This document shows positions 41,520-53,411 of a DNA stretch of 64,000 bases, one piece after another (position 1 is the stretch's first letter; the number at the start of each line of letters is the position of its first letter). This DNA is from Bugula neritina. Its lineage: Eukaryota > Animalia > Bryozoa. The notes beneath the pieces are model-generated. The model saw only the letters and a list, made by a program, of their open reading frames with translations. It was not told where the DNA came from and made no database searches. The DNA lies in assembly GCA_964035545.1 (NCBI GenBank), contig OZ037772.1, positions 4,344,233 to 4,408,232 on the forward strand. The letters are read 5' to 3'. Made by a program: the position numbers and the translations under genes.

Positions 41520-42231
41520 ATGGAGGAAGAACCTGTGATGAAGAATGGCCTACCCGTGGTGCTTCGTCGACGACACAGATGGGTGTCACCAGCGACGGAA
41601 AGCAGGATTGAGGAAGCCTGGGGACCAAGCGGACCCCGCCGGACCTGTCAAGTCTGCTTCGAGGAATGCCCGTCACACCGCTCCTTGCGCCTGCATGTAG
41701 ACGCACACTTTCTACTACACTTTTGTCCATGCGGGTTTCATGATGTATACCCGTACCTCGTGATAGTCCATAAAATGAGCTGCTTCGCCAGAGAGGGCCA
41801 TATCGTAGATGAGGACAGTTTCCCCCAGTACCTATACATCATCGAGCCGATCATCAAGAAGGCTATAACCCTGGCTGCGTTAGCGTCAGGGTTCTTAGTA
41901 TTACCTCTATCTGCCCGCCATATATCTCCTATGGTTAAGGCCCGTCCACTACCCCCGTCAACCCTAGTAACACCCTGATTCAGAAGAAACGACAATACCT
42001 CCCACCCCAGAGACTGCTACAACCCCACCAGGATTAAGCCTATTGGCTACTGTAGAAGAGCGGCTTTTAAAACTACAAGCCGAGTTTACACAACTTGCTC
42101 TCAACCTGCTGGATACAACAACAGGTCTATACCAGCTGAAGGACTCAGTGGGGCGACTAAAGCGGAGGCTACGTGCCCGACAGGCTCGACAAAGATCGCG
42201 CTCGCTACAAGAGTCAGAGCTCACCCAATGA
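41520..42231 (+). CDS. Accessory ORF3 of Gypsy element 1: C2H2 + C2HC zinc fingers, Pro-rich linker, coiled coil/basic tail (frameshifted near 41970)
   Basis: CQVC-x12-HVDAH and CPC-x12-HKMSC in 41520-41978; heptad-like EERLLKLQAEFTQLALNLL...LYQLKDSVGRLKRRLRARQARQR in 42043-42231; lies between pol and the 3' LTR on the same strand. Confidence 0.65.
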
Positions 42232-42689
42232 GCATGCCTGGGAAAGGCACCTTTTCGGTGGAATGTATTATCGCCGCGAGGTGACAAGCTCCCCGACCAT
42301 TGGCTCGCGTGCTGTATAGCACCCTCTCTCTTTATAGCTGACAGGCTGTGTGTACTCGACCACTCCGTCTACTTCTTCTATATATATATATATGCTTGTG
42401 TATACATTAATATTTCTCTTCTTTTTTTTGTGGGTTTAATTATGTATTTTTTTGGATTATTTTATTGTTTTTTTTTTTGTATGTGTTTTTTGTGTTATCA
42501 GAAAGTAGGGCTTTCTGCTGGGGGCGGTGTAGTGGGTCACGCAACGTAGTAATATAAAAATCGTCCTCTCTCCGTTCTGGGAATACTAATGCCCCAATGT
42601 AGTAACCAATCAGAAGAACCAGAAGATATGCTTGCGACTCATGTGACAGTTTCCGGGCAATTAGCAATCATCACGTTGTTGTAAGCGAG

Positions 42690-43445
42690 CACAGGATAGT
42701 TAAGGGCAACCTTTTAGCTGCAACTGCCTTGCTGAGGTTTGCATTGTAATCATATAAGAATTCAGTACCAGTAAAATAAAATCTCACCTAATTGTGCTAG
42801 AGTCAAAATTTAAAAACTATGTTGTAGATCTTCTTTTTCTCCAGTGTAAGTTTTTTGAAAATTTCAATTTTCATTTTTTTTGCGAAGTTATAGACAAAAA
42901 ACTGCCGAAATTTGGCCAATTTTGCCTGAAAAGCTGACTTTTCAGTACCAGTAAAATATCTCAGCAGCAAAGCATGATATCTGAATAAAAATTGCACTGC
43001 TGGAATCCTGAGATATTTCTCCAGTGTAAGTTTTTTTCTTTTTTCAATAACTCTGCTAGATTGCTCATAAATTGGTGATTTATACACTGAAAATGCCATA
43101 TTTTCTCATAAGAAACTAGCAGCGCGCAGCACTTCACGCTTCACTGAGCACGTAGGGATGAGAAGATATTGGCGCCTACATAATAATTACAGGCTAGCTA
43201 GCTGGCAGGCTATAATGAATAGCTTGCTTTGTACTTTGTTTATGTAGCACCAATAATGGAATGTTGATAGATAACGCAGCCCTAACGAAGGTTGCTGCTT
43301 ATTGGTTGTAGTTTAATCTTAGGCTAAACAATTACAAGTAGGCAACACGCATGCCACCCGCAGAGCAATATTATTCAAGAAACCGAACTACATTTTGTGA
43401 GAAATTTATGATATTCTTAGTGAGGATGCCCTTAACTATCCTGTG
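42690..43445. mobile_element. Non-autonomous CACTA/EnSpm-like DNA transposon inserted in the 3' LTR of Gypsy 1
   Basis: 19-bp perfect TIR CACAGGATAGTTAAGGGCA; 2-bp TSD AG (the 5' LTR gives the empty site GCGAGGGC); internal direct repeats TTCAGTACCAGTAAAATA and TTCTCCAGTGTAAGTTTTTT. Confidence 0.9.
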
Positions 43446-43690
43446 AGGGCTTGAAGTGTAAACATGTGTTAGTAGTGACTGATGTTATAGCGTAATTTGA
43501 TGTAATGTTTGTTTTGTATTGTATTGTGAATAATAAAAGTAATTACTCGACAGCTACCCTAGTAATTGCTAGAAGAATAGCCAACTAAATACGCAAGTAG
43601 AAAACTTAAGCATAGTAATTGCACGAATTACTACAATATAGCAATGTGAGCCAAGCCTTCTACGGTGAGTATCAGCAGCAAGATGGCTAA

Positions 43691-44238
43691 CCCCCTTTTC
43701 ACACATTGCAGCACCGTACGCCGCAACAGCAAATATCCGCCATCTGTTTTCATATCCGGGCTGAATCGTACAATAGAAATGTTATTTACTGAATAAAAGC
43801 AATTACATAAAAAGAATCTCTCTTTTAAATTTATTCGTTTTTAAAATATTTGTGCAAACTAATTTAAATAATGAATAGTCAAGCCGTCCAAATCAATTTT
43901 AATTTTTTTGTTAGCGTGCTTTTGTGATTAGAAAAGGCTATATTTTGAGCTGAGTTTAATTCAAACAAGCCATATAAAAGTGTTTTAATTCTTTAAAACT
44001 TTTGAATTTATTTAAATTAAATAAAAAAAAAAGGAATTAAAATAAACTAACGGAAATGTTCTTTAAATTTTAGTACCAGATCAACTCTAGCCAATTGGAG
44101 CCCGCCGGGAGTTTTTTAATCAAGCACTGCTTGATCAACGCCGCAGCGTATACCGGGGTACAATTCAGCTCGGATGTTACCAAAGATGGCGGAAATTTGG
44201 AGTTGCGGCGTACGGTGCGGCAATGTGTGAACAGGGGG
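43691..44238 (-). mobile_element. MITE derivative with the long 'left' terminus at both ends
   Basis: 43691-43770 matches 36398-36478 directly, and 43775-44238 matches 36398-36860 in reverse complement. Confidence 0.85.
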
Positions 44239-44276
44239 TTACGCTGACTGTCAAATAAGTCGAACGTTATATTCCA

Positions 44277-47200
44277 TGGTGCAGTGGGCAGGATACTGAC
44301 AGTCGAGAGCAGCAGGGAGATTGTCAGTAGTAGAGGAGAGTTTGTTCAGAGAGTTTACAATAATAATTATTCGTGGAGTAACGAGTGAGAGTATAAATAC
44401 GAGTTAAGGCTATTTCGAGATATCGAGAGAGAGAGTGATTTTCATTTTGATTTTGATTTAGAGTTTGATGTGCTGGTGAGAGTTGAGGTGTATAGATCAT
44501 ATTAAGAGTACAATTTAGAGAAGTGGTTAGTGAAATATTGATAGCATTATATGTAATTCGGTTAAAATATTAAATTTAATATCAAGTTTAAGGTCAACTA
44601 AGGATATCGAGCTTACTGATAATTAAAATTTTTAATTTGATCATCACTCAGTGTCATCAGCTTACAATCATAATGGCAACTAACACCAGGTTCACCGATC
44701 TCAATCGGTTTCCTATGTTGGTTTTGAGCTCGGAGAATCAGAGTGATAGTTTTGAGAAATGGCTAAACCCATTTCAAGGGTTTAGCAACCCTTGAAATGG
44801 GTACTGAAACAGTGTCAGGAGACACTGTCAACAGGTTTAGAGGCGAAACCAAGTTTCTTGCTCTGCTCAATGCTATTGGCAATCACTGGGTTTCGATTTT
44901 GAGAGAAACGATAATGGTGCTCATGATGAAGCGTTGAAACGGTTAAAAGGCCACTATGAAACAACTGAAAACATCTATGTGGCTTGGGTCAAGGCAGCCA
45001 CCCTATCTCAAACTTGTGGTAAAGGCGAACTAGAATACTTACTATGTGTTGACAAACACAGCAGGAAGTTGGGCTTTGTGGAAGGAGCAAATGTCGAGAA
45101 CCTCAAGGAAAGATTTGCCATTAGCATGGCTGTAGTAAGGTTAAGAGATGAGTCAGTCAGATGTCAATTCATAGTGGATATAAACATCACCTGGAATCAC
45201 TGTGTGACACTTTGAAGATTAAAAGCAATGATAAAGAGTTCAACATAGTGGTCTCAGAGACTAGATCATGTGGTTCTAGTAATTTAGATAGTTCAGCAAA
45301 AATAGCCGAAGTCAGAACTAAACCAATGAAGAGAGTGGGTGGAGGATCACCTAATAGGTGCTAACAGGTGCTGACAACTCGCAGCTCTCTGTCAAACAGA
45401 AAGCTGAGGTTCTTTTAGAGAGTACGTTCAAGAAAACTAGTGCTTGCTTACATGTTCTCAAAGGGTCTAAGTCAAACCTTTTGGGCTTGAGGAAACTGAA
45501 AAAATTTAAGTTTGTTAGCAGTTGTTAACACAGTAAGTAAGGCAAAGTTTGACCCTTTCCAGAGGAACAACACCTGGTATATTAAAGATTAATCTCTACA
45601 AAGATGTGCAACCTAAGCGTCTATTCTCTCCCCGACCCATACATGTGGGTCCGAGAGATTGAGCTAAGGCTGAGATAGACAACATGATTAAATTAGGTGT
45701 CATAGAACCAGTAGAACAACCAACAGATTGGTGCTCGGGCCTGCCTATAGCACCTAAGCTGGGTGGTAATATAAGAATGTGTATTGACCTAACAATGCTT
45801 AGCAAATGTGTTAGACGGGAAGTATACCCCTTACCTAGGATCTCTGACATGCTTACACTCCTAGCAGAAGACATTATTTTTTCTAAGTAAAATGCAAATT
45901 CAGAATTTTGGCAGATAAGGATTCACGAGGCCAGTAAGCTGTACACTACTTTTGTAATTCCTTGAGGTGGGTTTTGTTTTAATAGGATGCCATTTGGCAT
46001 TTCCTCGGCCTCGGAGTTTTTTCAACAGAAGATGGAAAAAACACTGCTTGGCTTAGAAGGAGGGAGTGATATGTATGATGGATGATGTGCTAGTGTTTGG
46101 CGCCACCACATTGGGCTAGATTGGGTAAAGTTTTAAATAGGATAGCAGCTTCAGGAATGACCCTGAAGAAGGAGAAATGTGAGTTTGGCTGCTCAGAAGT
46201 CAAGTTCATGGGCCATGTAGTTAGTACAGCTGGCATCAAACCTGATCCAGAGAAGGTTAGAGCCATTCTAGAGTTGAACCTTCCTTGTAACAAGAAAGAA
46301 GGTAGAAGGTTCACAGGCATGGTTAACTACCTAAGCAAGTTTAGCTCTAGGCTTGGGGGGTTATGTCTGCTGATCCATGCTGTAACAGCTAACAAAAGCG
46401 ACTGGTACTGGAGTCCAGACCAAGCCAAGGCTTTTGAAGATATAAAAAAAGAACTTTTCAAAGCTTCTATACTATGCAACTTCAACGGGAAAAACAAACA
46501 AAGAGTCTCTGCCGACTTTAGCAGTTACGCTATAGGCGCAGTGGTTTTTACAGTTGATTGGAAAACACTGGCAACCTGTAGTATATGCCTCTAGGAAGTT
46601 ATTCGATGCAGAGACTAGGTATGCCATGATAGAAAAAGAAGCCTTGGCAACCACATGGGCTTGTGAGAAGTTCGATTACTATTTAGTAGGTAAAAATTTG
46701 AAGTGGAAACCGACCACAAGCCATTAGTCCCTATATATTACGCAAAAAGCATTTAACTAGTCTACAATATAGGTTGCAGAGGCTTAAGCTACAGCTTATG
46801 AGGTATGATTTTGAAATATTTCACACACAGTAAAATGTATTTTGCAGATGCCTTGAGTAGCTCTGGGTTTGACAGTTCCACGGATTCCGATAAAGCAGAA
46901 ACCTTAGAAGTAGAAGAGTATGTTAGAGCTATCGTAGATAGCTCTCTGTACTCCGATTGCCGACTTGAGGAAATTCAAAATGTGGTTGCAGATGATGAGT
47001 TCTATCATCTATTTACAGGGTATTTAGTTAATGGGTGACTTCCCCAACTACCCAGAAGAAGCACCCCAGTCAAGGTGACTATATGGGTGTCGGCATCGAC
47101 TGATCATCATAGACGGCCTGCTTTACTGTGATGCCAGGGTTTACATTCCTCAAATGCTCAGAATCAACTATTTATAGTTGTGTCTTAAGGTCATCAAGGT

Positions 47201-48325
47201 ATCACTAAGTGTTGTAGGCGAGCCCAACGGCAATTTTAGTGGCCAGGGCTGAGTTTTGATATTCAACACTATGTAAAAAAGTGTAGCACTTGCATCATCT
47301 ATGGGCAGGTCAAACACTAACCCCAAAATGAAATGGAGCTACCTAGTGGCCCCTGGGAGGTAGTAGGCTCGGATATCTTCACTCTGAATAGTGAGCTATA
47401 CCTGGTTGTGATAGATCATTACACTAAATGGATAGAGACGGTACACATACATAGGCAGACCGCCCAAGCGGTCATATAGGCTATGAAGTACATTTACTCA
47501 AGGTTAGGTATTCTAAAGGTAGTTAGGTCAGACAATGGCCCCTGCTATAATTGCGATGAGTTCCTAAAGTTTGCTAGGAACTTTGGATTCAGGTTAGTAA
47601 CAAGCAGCCCTCAATACCCAGAATCCAATGGTATGGCTGAAGGGGCTTTCAAAACTCTCAAAAGACTTTGGAGAAAGTCTGCGGATAAAGACTCGGCCTT
47701 TATGGCTTACCAAACAACCCACCTAGCTACGGGGTATTTTCCTAGTGAGCTTATGTTTGATCGTTCGGTGAGAACACCACTGGGCACCCCTAGGAATTGC
47801 AGATACTTTGAACATTGGGACCTTGAACTCAAAAAAACAGCCAAAGCCTAGCATGACAGGAAACATAGAACAAAACAACTCCAAGAGCTAGAGCCAGGAG
47901 ACACGGTCTGGGTTAAAGCACCTACTGATGGCGGTGCTGAGGAAATTTTTCTTGGGAAGCACAATACCCCGGATAGCTACTGGGTAAAAGTAGGCATTGG
48001 TGAGACCAAGAGAAACAGGAAGCATCTCAGGTTGTTACCAACTGACCTTCCTGAGGCCAGGGAGCATAATACTCCTGCAACATCCAGAGAGTTAGAATAC
48101 GACGAGTCAGATTCCAAACTGGGTAGCCCAGTCAACCCATTTGAAACCTCCCTAGAAGAAGTGTTACACACGCTCGACGATGACACCTCTTTTTCTGAGA
48201 AGGTCCGAGCTAAAGCTGCCGATTCTGAGGAAGTGGTACAAGCTGACAGGGAGCAAGCTGCTGTTGTCACCAGGAGTGGAAGGCAAATTAGGAATAAAAA
48301 GTTTGATGATTATGTGTATTATTGA
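44277..48325 (+). mobile_element. Decayed Gypsy element with RT, RNase H and integrase (no 3' LTR found)
   Basis: PBS-like TGGTGCAGTGGGCAGGA at 44277; gag relic from ATG 44672; RT GVIEPV..PTDWCS..RMCIDL and MMDDVLV; RNase H ADFSSYAIGAV, YASR..IEKEALA, TDHKPL; IN GHQG, SDNGP, SPQYPESNGMAE, TRSGR; many stops and frameshifts. Confidence 0.9.
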
Positions 48326-48613
48326 TTGTTTTTCACTAGGTTTTAGAAACATGAGCGAAGAACGAGTTAACGGTGACCAGGAGTGGACGGTGAAAAAATA
48401 GAAAGAGAAGAAGGAAAACACAGCCTAGTTAAGGTCATCCCCAGAGAAATATCATCTCATAATCTAGTCTCAGTTCCTAGCTGCTGCTATTGCTCTGTCG
48501 GCGGCATGTGTATTGCATACTTGTCATACTTTAGCATTAGTCTGAACAATTGCCAACAGACCATCACATTAGCTAGGGCTGCACCTGTTTGCATTACAAC
48601 CATCACAGCAATC

Positions 48614-48768
<155 letters not shown>

Positions 48769-51105
48769 ATAAGTTGTAGTATTCGGGTTAGCTAGGATTA
48801 GTGTATTGGCATGGGTTGCTTGGTGGTGAGGATAACTCCAGCTTCTGTCTTACTCTGTGAGGAGTTAAAACTATGATCCAGAACACATCTGCCTTGGATG
48901 GTGTTCAGGGTGCCTAGGTGGGTAGAGTCCCTTAACCTGGGTGGTGCTAAAGAGTCCTTGTCGTCTGGCTGGCCGTATTCAGGAGTGTTGCTGTATAGGA
49001 GAGGTCAGCTATATTTATATTATACTGAGCACTCTCTTTGACCAATAGTATACTACCACTGCACACTGGATACTCCGCAGGTTATCAAACTCTGGCAAAG
49101 GTTTGTACGAGTTTATCAAATTCCAATTTGTAATTGCATTCAATTCAGAATTAAGGAATTATATTTACTCATTCAAAAACGAATGTGATTAATTTAGCCA
49201 TAATTTTATGTTCATTCTGTTTGATTGTCAGAATACTGATTTTATAATATTGTAGTGAATTTTGCCAGTTCACTATTATTATGTGTGGGTTGACTTAGAC
49301 AAAGCCACTGCACCAGGTTGTTTACAATAAGATACACTTCATTATTTACACAAATATAAGAAGGTTATTTACTGCTAGCATGAATAGAAAACTGTTACAT
49401 AATTAGTGAGCTTTAATACACAACTACTCTAAATGAAGTCCCAAGCTGCTCTGCCGGCTAGCTACTCAGCGCACTGCAACTACGAGTAGCTAGCTCCACC
49501 TGCTATTAATTAGTGTGACTGTCCTGATTGGTGGTTACTAGTGGTGCCACTGCTGTCCATAGTTACACTCCGACAGTGTCGAACTCACAAGATAATAAAC
49601 AATATAGAGTAAACCTTTTCGATTAATATAATAAGAATTGCACTACTAAAATCTATCACACTCGCCACACCTATCGAAAAGTACACTCTACGATTGATGC
49701 ACATAATCTTAAAAAAAATAATAAAAGGAAATAAAAGTAAAATAAAACAAAAGATCAAAACAACCAGGAATGAGAGAACACAAAATATGTATTCAAAATG
49801 ATGTCCATGTTGTAACACGATCGATCCGGGTCAGTCACAGGGTAGGGGGGGGGGGGGGAGTCTCTCACCAAATGATGTAGGGTAGCATGAACTTAGTGAG
49901 AAGGAGATGTACTGCTTCACACTCGTCTAGTCGAAGCCAAGCGATGGGGGTCGAGGAGTCCCCAGAAGAATCAAGCGTGGCAAAGGAGTCTCTCCCAAAG
50001 GGGGGAGAGAAGGAAAAGGGGGTTGGAGAGTACGAAGGAATCTCCCCAAAGGGGGAAGATGGAGGGGGGTTGACTGGTCTCTTCACTACCAACGTCTACC
50101 TCGTCACCGTCAAATTCCCAAAAGGAGGAAAGGAAAGACTTCTTCTTCTTAACTTCTACTTTTACTTTTTAACTTCATGCAGGAACCTTTAATATTACTT
50201 CTTCTTCTTCTTATTTTATACTGTTTCATTATTAGGATGTAGCCACAGGAGAGAAAGGGAAGGAGCTACTCTGCCTATACCGGAACGTGATCACCAGGGG
50301 AAGAGAGGGAAGAACTACTGTGTCAGTTGTCTCTGGCACTTCTGTTATGACGACCATCAGCACCGCTGTCATGTCGCTACAGGAATCGAGTCAAGCAGCC
50401 AGCATCTAGTCGAAAGTTGAGATGAATGATGTGACTGCGCTATGCCAGGAGAAGGAATTGGCCCCGCCATTCCAGTCTCACCTGCAACAGAATGCCAGCA
50501 ACTGTTGAAGGGGTTTGCACCTGTCAGTACGACACCTCGACTGAGTCTCGCAATCACTAACCACTGATTAATAATTAAATCATGTGATCGACCGCCCCAC
50601 TCAAGTCGTCAGTGAATCACCTGACTTGGGAAACCAACTTTATCGTTATGATAAAGCGAGACTGATTTAGGCTACTAGCTTGAATTCTATTTAGTTAATA
50701 GAATTATACTAGTAGACTTACCATAAGACAGCCCTGACTTTTAATCTGCTGCCCACTTAGGCTACGTAGTAGGCCAGCCTGCCAAGTACATGCGTGCACG
50801 TTGGCAGTTGAATCAGAAAAGAACGCTTTTCGCAGTGAAAGTGATTGTATAATACCCCTTTCACTAGCGAGCTGACTTCGCTCTTTTCTTACCCCCGGTG
50901 GTGTTTTGTATCACACCACTGGGGTAGGCAACTCACAATTGCGTCTCCTTATACCTTGGAAATGCAACTCTCAATTGCTCGTCCCCCCAGATTTCTTTTA
51001 TGATAGCTGATGGATGTTTTTCCACTGCATCACACAAGAAATCTTTTAAATAAGATGGAGGCGCCCTAGTGCGTTGCCTACGCTCCAACTGCACTGGGGA
51101 ATTTG

Positions 51106-52734
51106 CTACGACTGGTGACTCTTCCACCACGGGTGGTGTCGCCAGTACGGGGGGTCCACCAGTACGGGTGGTCCCCCCCCAGCTGCCTCTTCCTCATGAT
51201 TTTGAGGAATTTCCATCTCATCCGGGACGATGGACCTGTCGACCGGCTCCACAGGTGGTGGGGCCGGCTCTGACAGGTCTTCAGGTGTGTCGACCTCCTC
51301 TTCCTTGGGTGGAGGAGGCTGGGGCTGGTCGGCCGACGCATCAGCCGCCCCGTCCTGGTCTGGCAGTATCTCCTCAATCTCTCGATACGCCATGGGTCGC
51401 CCCCTCATAGGAGGGCGCTTAGCTGGCTCTAAGAGAGGAGGTGCTTGACCTGCCGCATCAGGACTTGCCCAGTGAGGTTTTAGCCGTGCCTCGTTCTGGA
51501 TCGACACTTGTCCAGACCGTTCCACTTTGTATGTATAGTTTGGCATTACCTCAATTACGCAGTAGGGACCTACGAACTTTGGCTGCAACTTGGCTGCCTG
51601 TCCGCGCCTGCGGCGATGACTGGTCATCCAGACCCAGTCCCCAACCTTGTATAAAGGTGGGTCGTCAGAGTCACCACTCCTGACCTGCCACTGCTGCTCA
51701 CGTAGCACCTCGTGAGCCGTCCCCATGCGTTTTACGAGCTTGTCCACGTAGTCGTGGACATTGCTCTCGGGAGTCGGAACATGATAGGTTACGTGCTCAG
51801 GAACCCTTGTTTCTCTCCCCAGCATGAGAAAATTAGGGGTCTCCAGTGTACTGGAGTGAGGGGTACTGCGGTACGCTCGCATGATCTGCGGCAACACCAA
51901 GTCCCACTCTTCCTGGCTCCTACCGATAAGCAGGCTTCTCAGAGAGTCCCCTAGCATTCGGTTGTTCCGCTCCACAACCCCGTTCCCTTGTGGGTGATAC
52001 GGGGTCGTCCGACTCTGGTTTACCCCCCACACTTTACAGAGATCGCTCATAAGTTGCGACTGAAACTGGGCGCCTTGGTCAGAGTGTATCTGCTCCGGTA
52101 AGCCGAAATAGCAGAACACCTGCTGATCCAAGGCTCTGGCCACCGAGGGGGCCGACGCATCTGGAATAGCCAGTGCATCAGCCCACCGCGTGAAATGGTC
52201 AGTTAATACCAGTATCCAGTTATTACCTCTCGCTGATGTGGGCATGGGGCTTACCAGATCGACAGCAACCACCTGCCACGGACGACCGGCATGGAGGCGA
52301 CGCCTCCCTGCGGTCTCAGTGGGGCGGCCATGCTTGCTAGCTTGGCACACCTCGCACTTCCGCACCCGGAGTCGGACATCCCGGGTCATACCGGGCCAAA
52401 ACCACTGGAGTTGAAGACACCTGATCACCCGGCTAGCTCCTGCGTGAGCTTGCTTATGGGTGTCCCAGATCAACTCCCGCCTCAGAGCTGACGGGCAAAC
52501 TACCCTCTCTCGTTCACTGCGATTGGTGCCGGCTGCCAACGTGATCGTTAGCAGCCCATCGCTGTTGAACTTGAGGGAGTCCCAGCGGTCGCAGAAGTAC
52601 TTAAACTCAGTACTCCTCACTCGCTGTTCAGCCTCACTCGGCCGCCGTCTCTCCTTCTTGGCCCGGACTAGGTCAGCTACCACTCCTGATAGCGTAGACT
52701 GGAGCCGACATAGCTCCCTGACGTTCCGAAGCAA
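51106..52734 (-). CDS. Gypsy integrase (HHCC, DDE, GPY/F); true C-terminus continues in frame 50933-51130
   Basis: THKQAH...CEVC; VAVDLV, HSDQGAQF, GNGVVERNN; KFVGPY; homologous to 39991-40600 of element 1. Confidence 0.9.
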   Translation of the reverse strand: MLRNVRELCRLQSTLSGVVADLVRAKKERRRPSEAEQRVRSTEFKYFCDRWDSLKFNSDGLLTITLAAGTNRSERERVVCPSALRRELIWDTHKQAHAGASRVIRCLQLQWFWPGMTRDVRLRVRKCEVCQASKHGRPTETAGRRRLHAGRPWQVVAVDLVSPMPTSARGNNWILVLTDHFTRWADALAIPDASAPSVARALDQQVFCYFGLPEQIHSDQGAQFQSQLMSDLCKVWGVNQSRTTPYHPQGNGVVERNNRMLGDSLRSLLIGRSQEEWDLVLPQIMRAYRSTPHSSTLETPNFLMLGRETRVPEHVTYHVPTPESNVHDYVDKLVKRMGTAHEVLREQQWQVRSGDSDDPPLYKVGDWVWMTSHRRRRGQAAKLQPKFVGPYCVIEVMPNYTYKVERSGQVSIQNEARLKPHWASPDAAGQAPPLLEPAKRPPMRGRPMAYREIEEILPDQDGAADASADQPQPPPPKEEEVDTPEDLSEPAPPPVEPVDRSIVPDEMEIPQNHEEEAAGGGPPVLVDPPYWRHHPWWKSHQS

Positions 52735-52797
52735 CGTGGGGTTTGCGTGAAGGTTGTTAACAGCTTTGTTGGGTGATTCGGACAGGAGTTGCCCTTA

Positions 52798-53411
52798 CAC
52801 GACCCGTCCGCCAACGTGCCGTGCTCCCCGTCATATGGTTCTAGGCTAGCCCTGTCCCTGGCACTGAGAGTGTCGAAGAGACGTCGACTCAGTAGATTTG
52901 TGGTGCACCCAGTATCCAACAGGAATGTGGCAGCTTTATCAGCAATTTTGCCGGGGAGGAAATAGCTGCTTCCATATGGCTGAGCGCTCACTGAGCGGTT
53001 TGTCTCTTGAGGCGACACCTCATGTGCATGGAGTTGGGGATGCACCTGTGCTTTTCGGTTGCGAGGGGGTCGTCGACGTTGCATGGGCGGGCAGGGTACG
53101 TCTCGGTCTCGCTCACACACGGGCGGCCGAGTGAATTCTCGGACTGATGCTCGTGTGGGCAATCGAGGAAAATCCCTGTTGTGCTCCCATTCGTCGTTCA
53201 CTCCCTCATCAAACAAACCTTCAAAGCGGTTTTTGAGTGCCCAAGCCGGAGGTATTGGTGGGCCTTGCGGCCGACTCACTCTCCTTGGAGCTTGCCACTC
53301 TGGCGAAGGCAGCCTCCTCACTCGGTGGGGTGGGGGCCGTAGCCTCTGCCTTGGAGGGTTAAACTGGGGCCCACGGTAGGCGGAAGTTACCGTGGGCCGC
53401 CGCTGTTTAAC
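52798..53411 (-). pseudogene. pol N-terminus / truncated aspartic protease in -1 frame to gag
   Basis: GSSYFLPGKIA...FLLDTGCTTNLL...GTLADGSC; homology to the element 1 protease stops abruptly at ~52798 (deletion junction to the integrase region). Confidence 0.85.

Larger units (their letters stand above)
37464..43635 (+). mobile_element. Gypsy/Ty3 LTR retrotransposon 1, non-autonomous (gag, PR, no RT/RNase H/IN core, extra ORF)
   Basis: 350-bp LTRs TGTAGT...ACTACA at 37464-37813 and 42528-43635 (the latter split by an insertion), ~15 differences; ATAT TSD (37460-37463, 43636-43639); PBS TGGTGGCAGCAGTGAGAT; PPT GGGGGCGG. Confidence 0.95.

Noticed and set aside
41520-42231. env gene interpretation of ORF3
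   Set aside because: No signal peptide, furin site plus fusion peptide, or C-terminal TM anchor; too short; zinc-finger pattern instead.
37809-42287. Many overlapping antisense/alternate-frame ORFs in Gypsy 1 (likewise 51069-53711 in Gypsy 2)
   Set aside because: Shadow ORFs of GC-rich retroelement coding sequence with no independent motifs.
48326-48610. Candidate PPT and 3' LTR of the decayed Gypsy
   Set aside because: The purine run at ~48393-48418 is not followed by TG, and nothing matches the sequence before the PBS.
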